NCBI GenBank assembly: GCA_030704615.1
Contig: CM060731.1
Coordinates: 37,758,001-37,822,000 of the forward strand
Length of the DNA: 64,000 nt
Source of the DNA: Takakia lepidozioides
Lineage: Eukaryota > Plantae > Bryophyta
Reading direction: 5' to 3'
The notes beneath the pieces are model-generated. The model saw only the letters and a list, made by a program, of their open reading frames with translations, was not told the DNA's origin and made no database searches. Below are positions 1 through 11,838 of this stretch, one piece after another. The number at the start of each line of letters is the position of its first letter. The first letter of the stretch is position 1. Made by a program: the position numbers and the translations under genes.

Positions 1-3000
1 GAATTCTATGGGTCTTCCTGTACACTCGACTCTCCCCATCAGGATCTCCCTGTTTCATTACCACCTTGGAATCCAAGATTATGCTCTTATGCTTGAGTTG
101 GAGATGGTGCTGGTAGCCCTTCTTGAGCTTAATCGCACTTGCCCTCATTTTCTCCTCGACCGAAGTCACATCCACCTTGTTGGGCTCCTTATCGTTCAAA
201 TCCACCCCCATCTCCTGCACCCTCCTGGGCTTCTTGAAATTTCTGATATGGAGATTCCCGTCTGCAGTAACCACTGCGGAAATAGACACAAAACTCGAAG
301 CCATCCTCATCAACCACCTCGCTCTCCAAGCCAAAGAGTTAAGACCAACAGCTTCCTCAACCTCTGATTTCCACCCTCCTTGTTCTATGCAAACCAAAGA
401 CACGAGCAACCACCAAACGCACACCAGCAGATAGCAGTAGAGAGCTTTAGAGCAAAGCATAGCATGAACAGAAGCCAGAACATAACATTGGTATCTATTT
501 ATCTTTCGCACTCCGCAAGTGTGACTCAACTTTTATCCAAAATTAAATCTCCCATATGTTTAACTTTCTGTCAAGATTATTCACTTTTATGTATTTTTAG
601 ATCTCTGAATAGGCTGCACGAAAAGTAAAAGACATCGTAAGAAAAAAATAGGAATGAGCAGCCTCGTGGACTTTGCTTCCTCCAAATGCAGAAATGAGTC
701 TACGCACGCATGAATGACAGGCTTGAGAAAAACTTTTCACTGACCCGAAAATAGGTTATGCATTTACTCAACTGCTCTTCATCTTACGACGGCCACCTTG
801 TACACCACCTTACGACGGCCAGATAGGAAACCATACTGCATCCACGATTGCTTGAACAGGGCGCTTAAAGACAAAGACTGCTCTCAATTAAAAGCGTCTG
901 TAGCCTTGGTCAAGAATACTAAGATGTGGAGCCCTGGTAGCCATCAGCCTCTGTCCTCACATTCTGCATTGAGAGATGCAGCATGTCAAATGGCATCTTC
1001 TGCAGTGCTGCTGGGAGCTGATCATTATCAAAATTCAATAAGTTTATTAGCTTCTCACCACCTGGATGCCTGCCAATATGAGATTCAAGTCCCTGGAGAA
1101 GAAAGTTGCGAATGTTACATGCATGTCTAAGTCACGGAAGAAATTAGCAATTCAGAGCTGGCCTTTCATGAGAGCAACCGAGGTAGGATACAACGTTATG
1201 AAGCACCAGCTTAAATGGTCGGACATCCACTGCAACATGCAATCTTGTGGCAGACTGGGCAAAGTCAGGTACCGTAGTATATTTGCACTTCTAATTAGAC
1301 AAAAGTATGTACTCAGAGTGGTGGTGGCCAATTTCAAGGCGGATAACCAAAAGTTGGACATCTGGTTCAAACATTAAGCATGTGCATGTGCTGGCCAGAA
1401 GAGTCAAAGCTTAACAAAGAGCCGTTGCACAATGAGCAACATGTGAGGCTTCAGACTGCGCCCCAACATCCATCTACTTATCTGTCACGGCTTTCCTTCT
1501 TTTTGGCTTCCCTCTCCCTCTCCGCCGGATGTAAATATAAGTTTCCTTCAGGACTCCGATTTTCTCTCTCTTTCACCCTCTCTTTGTTATCTTAGGGTTC
1601 ATATGAAGACAAGTCACTCTACTGGAGTGAGCCGCTCCCAAAGGCAGTGCCTATTCCTTATGTTTCCGTCCAAACTGGGCTCTATGGCTACTACAAGCAA
1701 GTCTTATGACTACCTTCTTCGTGAAAAGGGAACACCGAACAAACTTGATGAAGCAAAATGTGAAAGGAAGTGTCATTGACAAGAATGCAGCTCAGCAGAC
1801 TGCAGATCAATTTTGTAGGTTGAAACTGTGGCGCAACGTGGGATTCTGTTTTTCCTTGGCGTTGGGGCTCAAGTTTGCTACCACCAAGGTACGAATTTTC
1901 CATCTCTTCGCTTCCCAGTAACTCAGATCAATTTCTTCTCAGGGTTCAAAGTGCTTGAACGCATTTGGCGGTAAGTTCACATGTAAAAAAGGTGAATATA
2001 TCCTATATGTATGTCAATTAAATAATCTATACATGGAACATCGCAAGCTGGAGTCTGAGGGGAGCGTCCAGAGCGTCTGAGTGACCAAAAGTTGCCAAAC
2101 TTGTGAATTGGTGAGTGCATATTGAAGGTGGAGCCCATAAGAGTGCTGAAAAGGTGGCAGTGGAATGCTTTGTAAACGTTCAGTTTTTATGCACACGATC
2201 TTCTGTTGGCATTCCTTTTCGTTGTCATAATCATCCAAACTTGTTATCTGAATCGTTTTTTGTAGAACGTTCGGATACGAGCAGGTGCTTGGTTGGATGC
2301 TGAGCATAATTGGTAAAGATTCAATTCAAACTGAGCTGCCCGACAAAAGCTATGGCCAGTCTAAGTGGAGAATAACTTGGTTGGCTAGGCAGGTATGGGT
2401 TCTCATTTCATGGGGGTCTCAAGAAAAGACATGTACGTATTTCATGTTGTGGGTCTAATAAATGGGAGTGCTCAGTACAAACTGTTCCCAAACCTTCATG
2501 ATGAGCACTTCCCTCGCGCACGTAGGTCAGTGAAAGAAGGTTGACAAAGTGGAAGAGTAGCGTGCTCGATCATGGGTGTTACCGATGCCCCTTCAGTGGA
2601 GGTAGTGGGCCTCCGATGAGAATCACAGAATCCCAGTTCAGATCAAAAGCAGCTATCAGTTTGAAATTTATGCAAGAAGCAAGCATGCCTGTGTTTGAGG
2701 GTTTTGTCGATATTCATTTGAGCTTAATTACTTGTGCACAACCCTATCAACTGCATAAGCCTTGCCCATACACTCTGCTAACCTCACCATCGTCTCACTA
2801 CCCAAAGTCCCGAGCATACAAGCGCAATAAATAACCTAGGGAAAGTCAGTACAACACCCCTCTTACCCTCTAAGTCAATGCACAAGTGGAGCGTTTCACA
2901 GGAGTTCACCAATGACTGCTGCTCCACAACAACAGTTCTGTACTGTGCAGATCCTTGTATTGGAGATTAAGTCTACCAGTCCATCAGAGACGGACTTCTG

Positions 3001-3134
3001 CAGGGGGTGGAGATGTCAAGCCATCCAAGCGTAGTCTTGACAGCATCTTGTCAGGGATGAGTTCGTCTGTGCAAGACCCACCATGGTGCATGCATTCGCG
3101 AGAGAGAACATTGAATATGTACAATGAGCGTGAC

Positions 3135-3810
3135 GAGCGTTAGCCACGATTGAATGTGGCCCTAACTTACCCAAGACTGTACATCCTGCCCACGTGAAGC
3201 GCGGGTCCTGCCTCTCTTTTCAAGCTGTTAAAAAATGATGCATCAGGCAATGAATTGATACTTTATAACGTGCTTGAAGAGCAAATGGAACAAGAGGAAA
3301 CATCAAAGAAGGAGGAAGACGGTGCCTCCACCAGCCCGAAAACAACTATGCTTCAAGGGGATGACGTCTGTTATGTCGGACGAGGCATGCATCAATCGAT
3401 GTGTTTGTTCCGACCGGCTCTGAATTTTGTGTGGACTCCTCGTAATGAGGCTGGTCGGAAGATGGGGCCCACCGTCTCATTAACACAGGAGCAAACTACG
3501 GTCTGTACGAGGTTGCCACACCGAATTCATCATCAGAGGCGTTCCGACCCACCGTTCGACAGAGAGAGCATTGAATTAGCGTAATAAGTGTCAGCCACGG
3601 CCCGAAGGCTTTACTACATCCTGCCCACGTGAAGTGGGGTCCTGTTTTCAAGCTGTCACACCGCGAGTGAGTGACACGACTGACGATGCATCCAGCAATC
3701 AGTTTATACTTGATAACATGCTGAAATAACAAATGGAACAAGAGGAAGCTTGAAATAAGTAGGGGAGGGTGCCTCCGATTGAGCAGCCCGAAAACAACTG
3801 TTGCTCCAGC
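3135..3810. repeat. Diverged direct duplication (~3135-3355 and ~3590-3810) upstream of the NLR pseudogene
   Basis: Shared blocks TACATCCTGCCCACGTGAAG, CAAATGGAACAAGAGGAA and CAGCCCGAAAACAACT occur in the same order in both copies. Confidence 0.75.
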
Positions 3811-4096
3811 GATTGTTGGAAGACGAAGAGTCTGGTTATCTGGGAACTGGCTTTAGTATTTGGTAGAGGAGTTCTCTGCTGTTGTTACCGGCGCAAGTAA
3901 GGCAAGTCCTCACGCTGCGAGTACCAGTCTCTACCTGCAGACGGTGGGAGCCCACACTAAGCGTTCCAAAAGAGAGGAAGGAGAACTTCATCTCGCTAAG
4001 ATTTTTCCTGCGCGATTCACACAAGCAAGCTCCGAATTACAACTCCTCTCTACTGAAGACGCAATCTGTAGCTGTGTGCCGAGTATCTCCCGCACG

Positions 4097-6448
4097 ATGG
4101 TGAGCACCGGCTTCGTGCTGAATAGCAACTACGTTCACACTTCTTATGTTGATTCTAAACTGTAGTGGGTATAGTACAAATATATCCGTGCTTGCAGTGA
4201 ACTTCTTATGTTGATTTTAAACTGTAGTGGGTATAATACAAATAGATCGGTGGTTGCAGCATGTATTCTGTTCTACTTGGTAGACTGCCGAAAAAACGAG
4301 TGCACGTACCCCGTCTACAATGTTCGTGACATCATCGTGACTTTCTCATCGTGACAGGAGAGATGTCAGGCCATTTCAAGACACAGACTTTCAGCTCCCC
4401 CTGTGCCAAGGAGGTTTCAATTTTCTGTCCAGGGATGTGATGTCTTTAATGTGGAGGTGCTTGAAAGCGAATGCGATAGTGTTGACGTACAAATATGTGA
4501 CGTGCTGACGTCTTGATGTGTGTTGAATGGTTGAAGTTATGTACTTATCTTCACCTTTCATGGAATGCAAACCGCAGATTCATCAGTTATGGCTGCCGGG
4601 ACGGTGAGTCTTACGAGACAAGCCTAGATGTGGTGTTCTTTCACGGCCTGCAATTTGGCAACTTAGGAGTGGAAGCTTGGAAGGACACTTGGTTACAAGT
4701 TACAACGTGGTGATCAGACAGTTTGCTGGCCTTCGAAGTGGCCTCCCGAAGATCTGGATAGTAAAGTGCGAGTGTTTTCTCTGTCATATGATGCAGCAGC
4801 GCACATGGGCCCAGAGGGAGGAAACAACGAAGACGTGAGCGATATTGGCAAGAACCTTCTAGAGAACTGAAGTGCTGTTTCCCAAGTTGCAGTTCAAGTG
4901 AATTTTCCGGACTCACATGGCCTTGGCCCCCAGCTTCTAACCAGGGTACACATATCAGGCTTGTGTGTGTCAAAAACAAAAACTTGTATTTATGGGGCTC
5001 GAGATTAAGCTTGATGTGGAGCATCTCTAGTTACGTAAACTGCACATACATGTATAGACTTTCTTGTCTTTTGCTATCAGGTCCAGAGATGGAAATCTAT
5101 GGGAACCCCGTCATCAGAAGAAGGACCGAATGATATATTGTCATATGCATACCTTCGAGTGTCCCATGTTATGCAGTGGTGTTCAGCACAATCTCACACT
5201 ATGCAATTTTGCAGCGGGATATATGGCAAACGAAATCCGATGGTTCTGGTTGGCCACAGCTTTGGGGGTCTTGTTATCAAAAGTTTGATTGTCGCAGCTC
5301 GCAGAAGAAGCTCTCACCCCCCAATAAATGCTTTCGATAGAAAAGCTTGTCAAGCTGCAGCGACTTTTCTCAGAAAACTACAGGGTATTGTATTTTATGC
5401 TGTCCCACATGCGGGAAGTAAAAATATGGAGACTTTTACCAAGAAATGCTGCAAATTTTTTTGGGACCCAAAGCTGAGTGGGATAATGCAACCCTTCCAG
5501 CGAAAAATGGAGGAGCTCTCAATAGAATACGAAGACGTTGTGGGCAGCTCCCTCAATGTCCATGCTTTTACTGAGGGCAAGCCCACAGGCAAGGTAAAAT
5601 TACCAAATCTGTCAGGTAATGGGGGAAGGAAAGAGAGTCCTAGAATGATTGAGGAGTAGCTGCCACATTCAGGGACTTGACATCGTTTGGCGTGGAGAGT
5701 AGGTATGTGTATATACACACACATCAGACCATGCATTTGGAGCACGGAGCATGCTGGGTTAGAGAGGTTAGAGAGCTAGAGTTAAGCATTTGCAGAATCT
5801 ATCGCTTTGTCCTGAATGCTGCAATATTGCCAAGACTGCTGTTGTGTTAGCCACTGAGAAACTAGAAGAATCAAATGCTAATTCCAGATGTAATGGGCTT
5901 GGATTGGGCAGGAGATTTTGGTGGAGCATGCCTCCGCAATAAAACACTCACGCAACAACCACTATCAAGTTGAAGACGCAGACCATATGGAAGTTTGTAG
6001 GCCAACCAGCCAGACTCACGTGAGCTACCAAAAGCTTCTTGAACTCCTTCCAGCTAATCCAACGCCTAGGAAGTGAGTGGCCCCCTCCTTCTTTGCTGAA
6101 CGACATATTTACTCTAAGAATGTAGGAGTGTGGTGCCGCATTTGGCCCACGTCCAAAGATGCAGTTGGGCTAAAATAATTTACCATTTTGTGAAGTTTCT
6201 GGCACGTCTGTGTCTTCATGCAGACAAACTTCTTGAGTCAGAGCTGGATTCCAGAACTCCAATACATTTGGTTGGGCTCTCAGAACATGTCAACCGACAA
6301 TGTGAAGCGCCGACTTGAAGAGGGTCCTAAAATTGGCATGGTTGGGATGGGCGGAATTGGCAAGACAACATTGGCAAAGGCGGTCTACCGCGATCTCGCT
6401 AGTATGGATTTTGATGTATACAGCTTCCTACCAGACATCAGATCAAAA
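4097..6448 (+). pseudogene. Alpha/beta-hydrolase-NB-ARC (HNL-type NLR) gene, frameshifted and truncated after the P-loop
   Basis: SERAC1-like hydrolase motifs DVVFFHGL, VRVFSLSYDA, LVGHSFGGLVIK (GxSxG), FYAVPHAGS and DADHMEVCRP in successive exons, then GMVGMGGIGKTTLAKAVY (NB-ARC P-loop); similarity stops at FLPDIRSK; start exon uncertain. Confidence 0.85.
4139..4261. repeat. Two-copy ~62-bp tandem duplication
   Basis: ACTTCTTATGTTGATT(C/T)TAAACTGTAGTGGGTATA repeated at 4139 and 4201. Confidence 0.85.
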
Positions 6449-7450
6449 CACTATTTTAAAATATTCTGGACTTTTGTTTGGTCCAGAATTAATATGAGAA
6501 ATATGAATAAACATAATTTATTATTGAAATAAAGTGATATATATGATTGTTTGGCTACTTTATGCACAATATAACCATGAACAATAATCCTCCAAACATT
6601 TTTTGGAGATAATATAAGTATGTATTGTGGTTTTAGAAGAACATCGAGAGCCAAGTTGACGTTCATGAAGAAAATCATGGGAGGATGCAATTAATTACAC
6701 CGTGATGTGAGATTAGATATATAAAAAATTTTGCATAAAATGGTTGCCATATGAGATGACATACAAAACCAAACATAGAACAATCATGGCAAGTGATGAA
6801 GAAGATGACATGAAAGAATGAGTCCGCATACATTGATGATAAACATTCATATTTTATTAGATATTGCAACTTTGGCGTTGCAGTTAGATATAATGTAACG
6901 TCAACTATACATCCGTTGGACTTAATGTTATCCAGCGGCTCGAAGCCATACAACGGCTTACACTAACCCATTAATATTACATAGCCTCCTCCCAAACGGC
7001 TCGCGGTCAAGGCATGTGTTCGAAAACGCCTCCGGTTATCACAACCACTTGCAACGGTCTCCGCACCAGAGGAAACGGAAATACTTTCGGAGAACTCGAA
7101 CCTAGTAGTATTATTATCATCTGAAATGTTACTTCGAACTATACTTGTTGAATCTCTTGATGCCCTTGAAGCCTGCCGGGAAGCCCGCCATTCTTGCCAA
7201 TCACGAAGCTCTTCTTCTTCTTTTCGAATTCGGTCCTTGAATGTGACTGGGCAAAACAATTTTTCATATGACAAATGTCAGCTGAAATGTGGAACATTTG
7301 TAGAAAAAATGATAAAGTCAAAGTGCAAGTGGAAGACACTTTCAAGATCAAATTCTCCATAAACAACAAACAGTGGGATAAGTACATACCAAGGTAATCA
7401 GGTTCCTTTTGTTATGGGATCCAAACACGATGATCAACATATCTTCCATA

Positions 7451-8082
7451 TCAAGCCCAATAGGCATGGTCACGACCAATAGGCTTACGAGAACACTTGG
7501 CAGGGTTCTCACTGATGTAATCTACGACTGTTGAAGCTGCAGCCATTTTCAATATATATGGCCACACAGCTTTTGTCATATCATCCAGGTCAACCAAGCC
7601 CTTTGGTGATGGCTTGTATGAAATAGGGAAGAATCCAATATTTGGTGGGTTTCGGAGGCCCTTTGATGGCTCATCATCGACAAGGAGTATTTGTCCCTGC
7701 GTTGCAAAGGGTGTACCAGGGTACTTGGCAAGAACAGTGTGAATATCCTTAACGAGATATTTCATCCCAGGCATGATGTAACCTGTAGTGTCTTTGAATC
7801 CTCAGCTGATCAGATAAAGCAAAACTTCTTCGCAATTTTCGTAGGAACTAAGCACTCGAGCATCCTACAAAGAACATCTTTTGCACATGACCAAATCGCC
7901 ACGTGAAAATGCATGAACGCAAGGTTGAGAAACTCCAAGACTCCGGGCCGGGGAACCACAAAAGGTCTGTCGGGAACATGAACTGTAACTTTCCTGAAAC
8001 GAAATCTCTCCTTAAACAATTCACCGCCGGTTGGAGGTAGCCAGTAGCAGAGGAGTCCGTTGACACTCAATATTAACAACAT
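7451..8082 (-). pseudogene. FCP1/NIF-like HAD-superfamily phosphatase homologue, copy 1
   Basis: LLILSVNGLL (degenerate motif I), RPGVLEFL, VAIWSCA, ILLVDDEPSKGLRNP; stop codon at 7810-7812. Confidence 0.75.
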
Positions 8083-9647
8083 CTATTTCCTCTTCCCCGA
8101 TGTGGCAAATGAAGGTTGATGGACGATGCCATCCTACGCAATTTAAATGTTTACGCCGTCAGAAACAACACGATGTAGTGTTTTTTAGTTTCAAAGTGAC
8201 CTCTATGTTTTCGGAGATATAAGTGTCCCGATAATGGACTACTATAAAAGACCAAGAGTAGACCATATATCGAAGAGTTCGAGATCACGAAAAGATGAAC
8301 GTCGACTGTCAAGTGGAGGTTAGTGGATGCACCTTGTCGGGAGGCGCATTCAAAAAGTTATGCGGCTCCATACTCGCTTGTATAAAAATTACGGAGTTAG
8401 TTTGGGACAGAAAAACAAACTGCAAACGAAAGTGGAGAAATTGTTTTGAAATGTACCATTGAAGCCTTATTGAAATGTCTTGCAGAAGAACAGTGGATTC
8501 CCGCGGGCTTGGATTGACGAGGCGCCACAACATCCGAGGGAGTCCTCAAGTGTTTGGCGTCCGCTCTTTTTTACTTGTCAGCCTTTTGTCCGTTGGAAAG
8601 ATTTCCTGCAGAAGAAGGAAATGGCTCGGGGGCTCTTTTTCGCCTCTTTGGTGCAGAACATTGTGCCAGCAGTTCAGGGTCACGTTGGGTCGATGTTGGA
8701 GATGTTTTGTCATTGAACGATGGGAGTGGAGGGGCAACAACAGGCAAGCACAGAAAATTGTCTCTTGAGTAGTCGACATCCTGGATGGAATGAAAACGCA
8801 ACGAAGGGATAATTTCCCTTGGAACTTCATTCCAATGCAGACGTCGTTTAATAGGAAGGTCATAATCTGCAGATTTTCTTACCTGGAGCGACAGATAAAT
8901 ATCAGACCCCAAACTAAGTGAAACTAGCTGGAGAATAAGGAATGAGCGAGAAATGAGTTTAAGTCACCTGACTCCTGCGGATTTGGGCTGTCCAACCCTC
9001 GTGCTGGGGAGATATACGAGGAAGAGACGGAAGCAGGTGCAGTGGAGCCGTAGTCGAGTCCCCGACAGTTGCCCTGCGGGTTGGATAGACCAGACCCTGC
9101 GTACTGAACAGGGAGGGTGAGGAATGTTGGGAAAGGTCGATAAAGTCTCCGGTATATTTATGTTCTTCACCTGCACCTTAGACTTTACATCCAGGAAGAC
9201 CCGAGAAGATAAGAGTGTCGTCAGCTTCCCGGGAGGACAAGGGTCTGACAGAGGATCCACCCTCAATTTGAGCACCATCGTGAACCCTCGGAAAGCCTTC
9301 AACTCTCCGACTCACTGCTGATCCGGAAGGTTCCATAACGGGACTTGAGGAACCGATGACGTCGTCAGCATCTCCTTGAACCTGCCAAAGAGACATAATC
9401 ATAAATCCGAGAGTGCAGGAATGTGAACCTCCACTGAACAGTGGAGGTCACTAGATATAGTCATGTCCCCATATGAAGGCCTGTATCAGAGTCTTGGGAT
9501 TGCCCGGAATGTGCGTCAAGAATTCATCTGAAAATTAGTCAAAATGAAAGTACGATATCTTTCACGTGTGTGATTACAAGGAAATGAAAAACAGAAACCA
9601 TGAAGATATTCAACAGCTCGAGTGAGATGGGATTGATAAAAAATAAT

Positions 9648-10394
9648 TTATTTTAAAACATCATATCTGAGACTTTTAAAACCGTTGTCCTCAATAAAAT
9701 CCCAGAATGGGCTAAACTTAGGATCGTTTGAAACATTGGGAAAAAGACTCAACCTTATCTTTTTTTTCCTAAGATAGCTTGAAACAGTGGGATGTTTCCT
9801 CATTCCAAGCAAATAGGTCTGAAGAACCTTGAGAAGATAGCAACCATCAATCTCCACGGTCTGGAACGGTTTGAGAACAAGACATGAGTCGGGCGGGTTC
9901 AATACACACTTCATGGCGGTGTCGTCAATGAGCAGAGTGTTATTCTAGGTATATTGTCCACCAAATCTTTGCCAGACCTTCACCAATGGCTTCAAAAACA
10001 AATGAAGAGGGTCCAATCCTGATTTGAATTGAGGATGAACCGTAGTAGGACATGAAATACAATCCTCTTGAGACATAACGAAGGTCGGTTGAAATAGACC
10101 ACGAAGCAAAAAATCCAGGATGGGCTGCAAGTTCTTGTACATCATAGAGCTCCAAATCCCTAACCGGAAGTGTTTGTGCAACTCTGTCCACACTTCGCGA
10201 TATTTCTCGCGTCTAAAGACAAGTCGGAATCCGACAAGAGCTGGAATTCTGTAGTCCGATTCTAAAAACCGGGGGACATTGTAACTCTTCTGGTGCTTCA
10301 AGATTTTGCACAAGACTCCATTCACGTCAAAAATAATCAAACGCAACCCTTGCGCATGAGGAGAAACAGGTGCTCCAATCTGCCAGAGAGTCAT
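9648..10394 (-). pseudogene. FCP1/NIF-like HAD-superfamily phosphatase homologue, copy 2
   Basis: LIIFDVNGVL, LGIWSSM, FVMSQEDC, NTLLIDDTAMKCVLNP; single in-frame TAG at 9945-9947. Confidence 0.8.
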
Positions 10395-11838
10395 TCATAC
10401 TTAGGATGATAAAATGGAACAGTACAATGCATTGGAAAAACCGACACCAGGCAGGTGAACCAGAACGTCCACTGGACAGCCGAGATTCACCAAACTCAAT
10501 TAAAAACAAATATATCCCAATGCAGCGGCACGCAATTCGTGATTGCTAAGGAACTTCTGCCACCTATAATCAAAATATACATATTTATGCTTTACCTCTT
10601 CTGCCCCTTACTATGTTTGTTTGGCCCCCTCTATTTTTCTCTTCTCCTCTCTAGGTTTTTTTGGTAATGCATATTTCTCCCTGCCTGTTTGGCGGTTGTT
10701 TCCTGTTTTTTGCTTGTTTGGTGTTAAATGTAGTGGTTGCAAGTTCACTAAAAAGGAGACATACATGACACAAACTTTACATAGCAAACAGTGAATAACT
10801 AGTGCAATCAAGAACCAGTACTACACACTACTACACATTTTGCAGACTAGATTAACCTTGAAGTGTCTTTTTGCCAAAAAGCATCACGAGGCTAATTGCA
10901 TATAACAATCTGGAGAGAGAGTTCGCTCCATACTAGCTGAGGTATATATAGAGCTGCAGTGGCCTGATAGTATTGCTAATTTGTAAGAGCCCTCGTTAAG
11001 TCACCGCTAGAAGGTGCGGTGTGCAGCGGTGACATCCTACAAAGTTGGCACTGCTCTAGAGAGCCGATCTAGTATGTTGGAGTTGCAGAAAATATGCCAT
11101 TCAACATTTGGCTGGTTTGGGGTTGGGTGGTATTCCCTGTGATATATGACCTAAATACCTGCCCAACACAGGTTGTTTCGTACAGACTTCCACGAATGGA
11201 AGGATCATTCTCTACTTGGATGAAAGACATTCTTCGTCGAGGGTGGGGCGACCCGGTGCGGTGGCGGGTGGGAAAAGCTGGGGGGCTGGCTCTCTCTAAG
11301 AGCTGCTTAGCACGGAACACCACATCATCGGTGCGAGGTGCATCATCCGAGCTGATGAAGATGGCTTGCAGAGGACGCTTGCTTGGCTGATTCGGAATTC
11401 CAGTCTCCTTTTCGTGACGGGTTTGGATTTCTACTGAAGACGTTTGTTTCTGGGATGGTAAGTGGTCTTTTGAAGCTGAATCTGATACATTCTGCCACCA
11501 GGAGTCTGGGTTTGCTTATGGGTGTAGATCTGTGAAGGTCGTTAGATTTTTTCATGTTGTCGGCTTTTTGTCACCCGTGGGGTTGAGCCCCACATTTTCT
11601 GTTAGGGTGAAACTGAAGGGCGAAGGCGAACCATCCTCGCATCGTTCTTCAAGGGGCTGGAAAAGGGTGGGAAGGGGCGAGGGAGAAAATGATATGGATC
11701 TGGATTGTATGTAGCGTCTTACAGCACTCAGCCAACAGAGAAATGAAAAGAGATGAGGATCTGTTCTCTTCCTTACGCTCTAGATCAATCTGGCTGCAGC
11801 TCCGACTCCCCGCTTTTTGTTAATCCTAGTACAAGAAG

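Larger units (their letters stand above)
6449..10400 (-). mobile_element. Probable gene-carrying insertion (Helitron-like 3' end) bearing two FCP1-like genes; far boundary not defined
   Basis: Abrupt replacement of NB-ARC coding sequence; hairpin ATTCTGGAC-N9-GTCCAGAAT (6463-6489) ~14 bp from the junction; all cargo on the minus strand. Confidence 0.35.

Noticed and set aside
1-310. Minus-strand frame open to the window edge (EEKMRASAIKLKKGYQHH...), faintly like plant MED26/TFIIS-type C-termini
   Set aside because: Short, incomplete and only a weak resemblance
6449-10804. CACTA at 6449 and TAGTG at 10800-10804 as ends of a second CACTA element
   Set aside because: Match does not extend convincingly beyond the pentamer, flanks differ (AAA vs CAA), and there are no subterminal repeats
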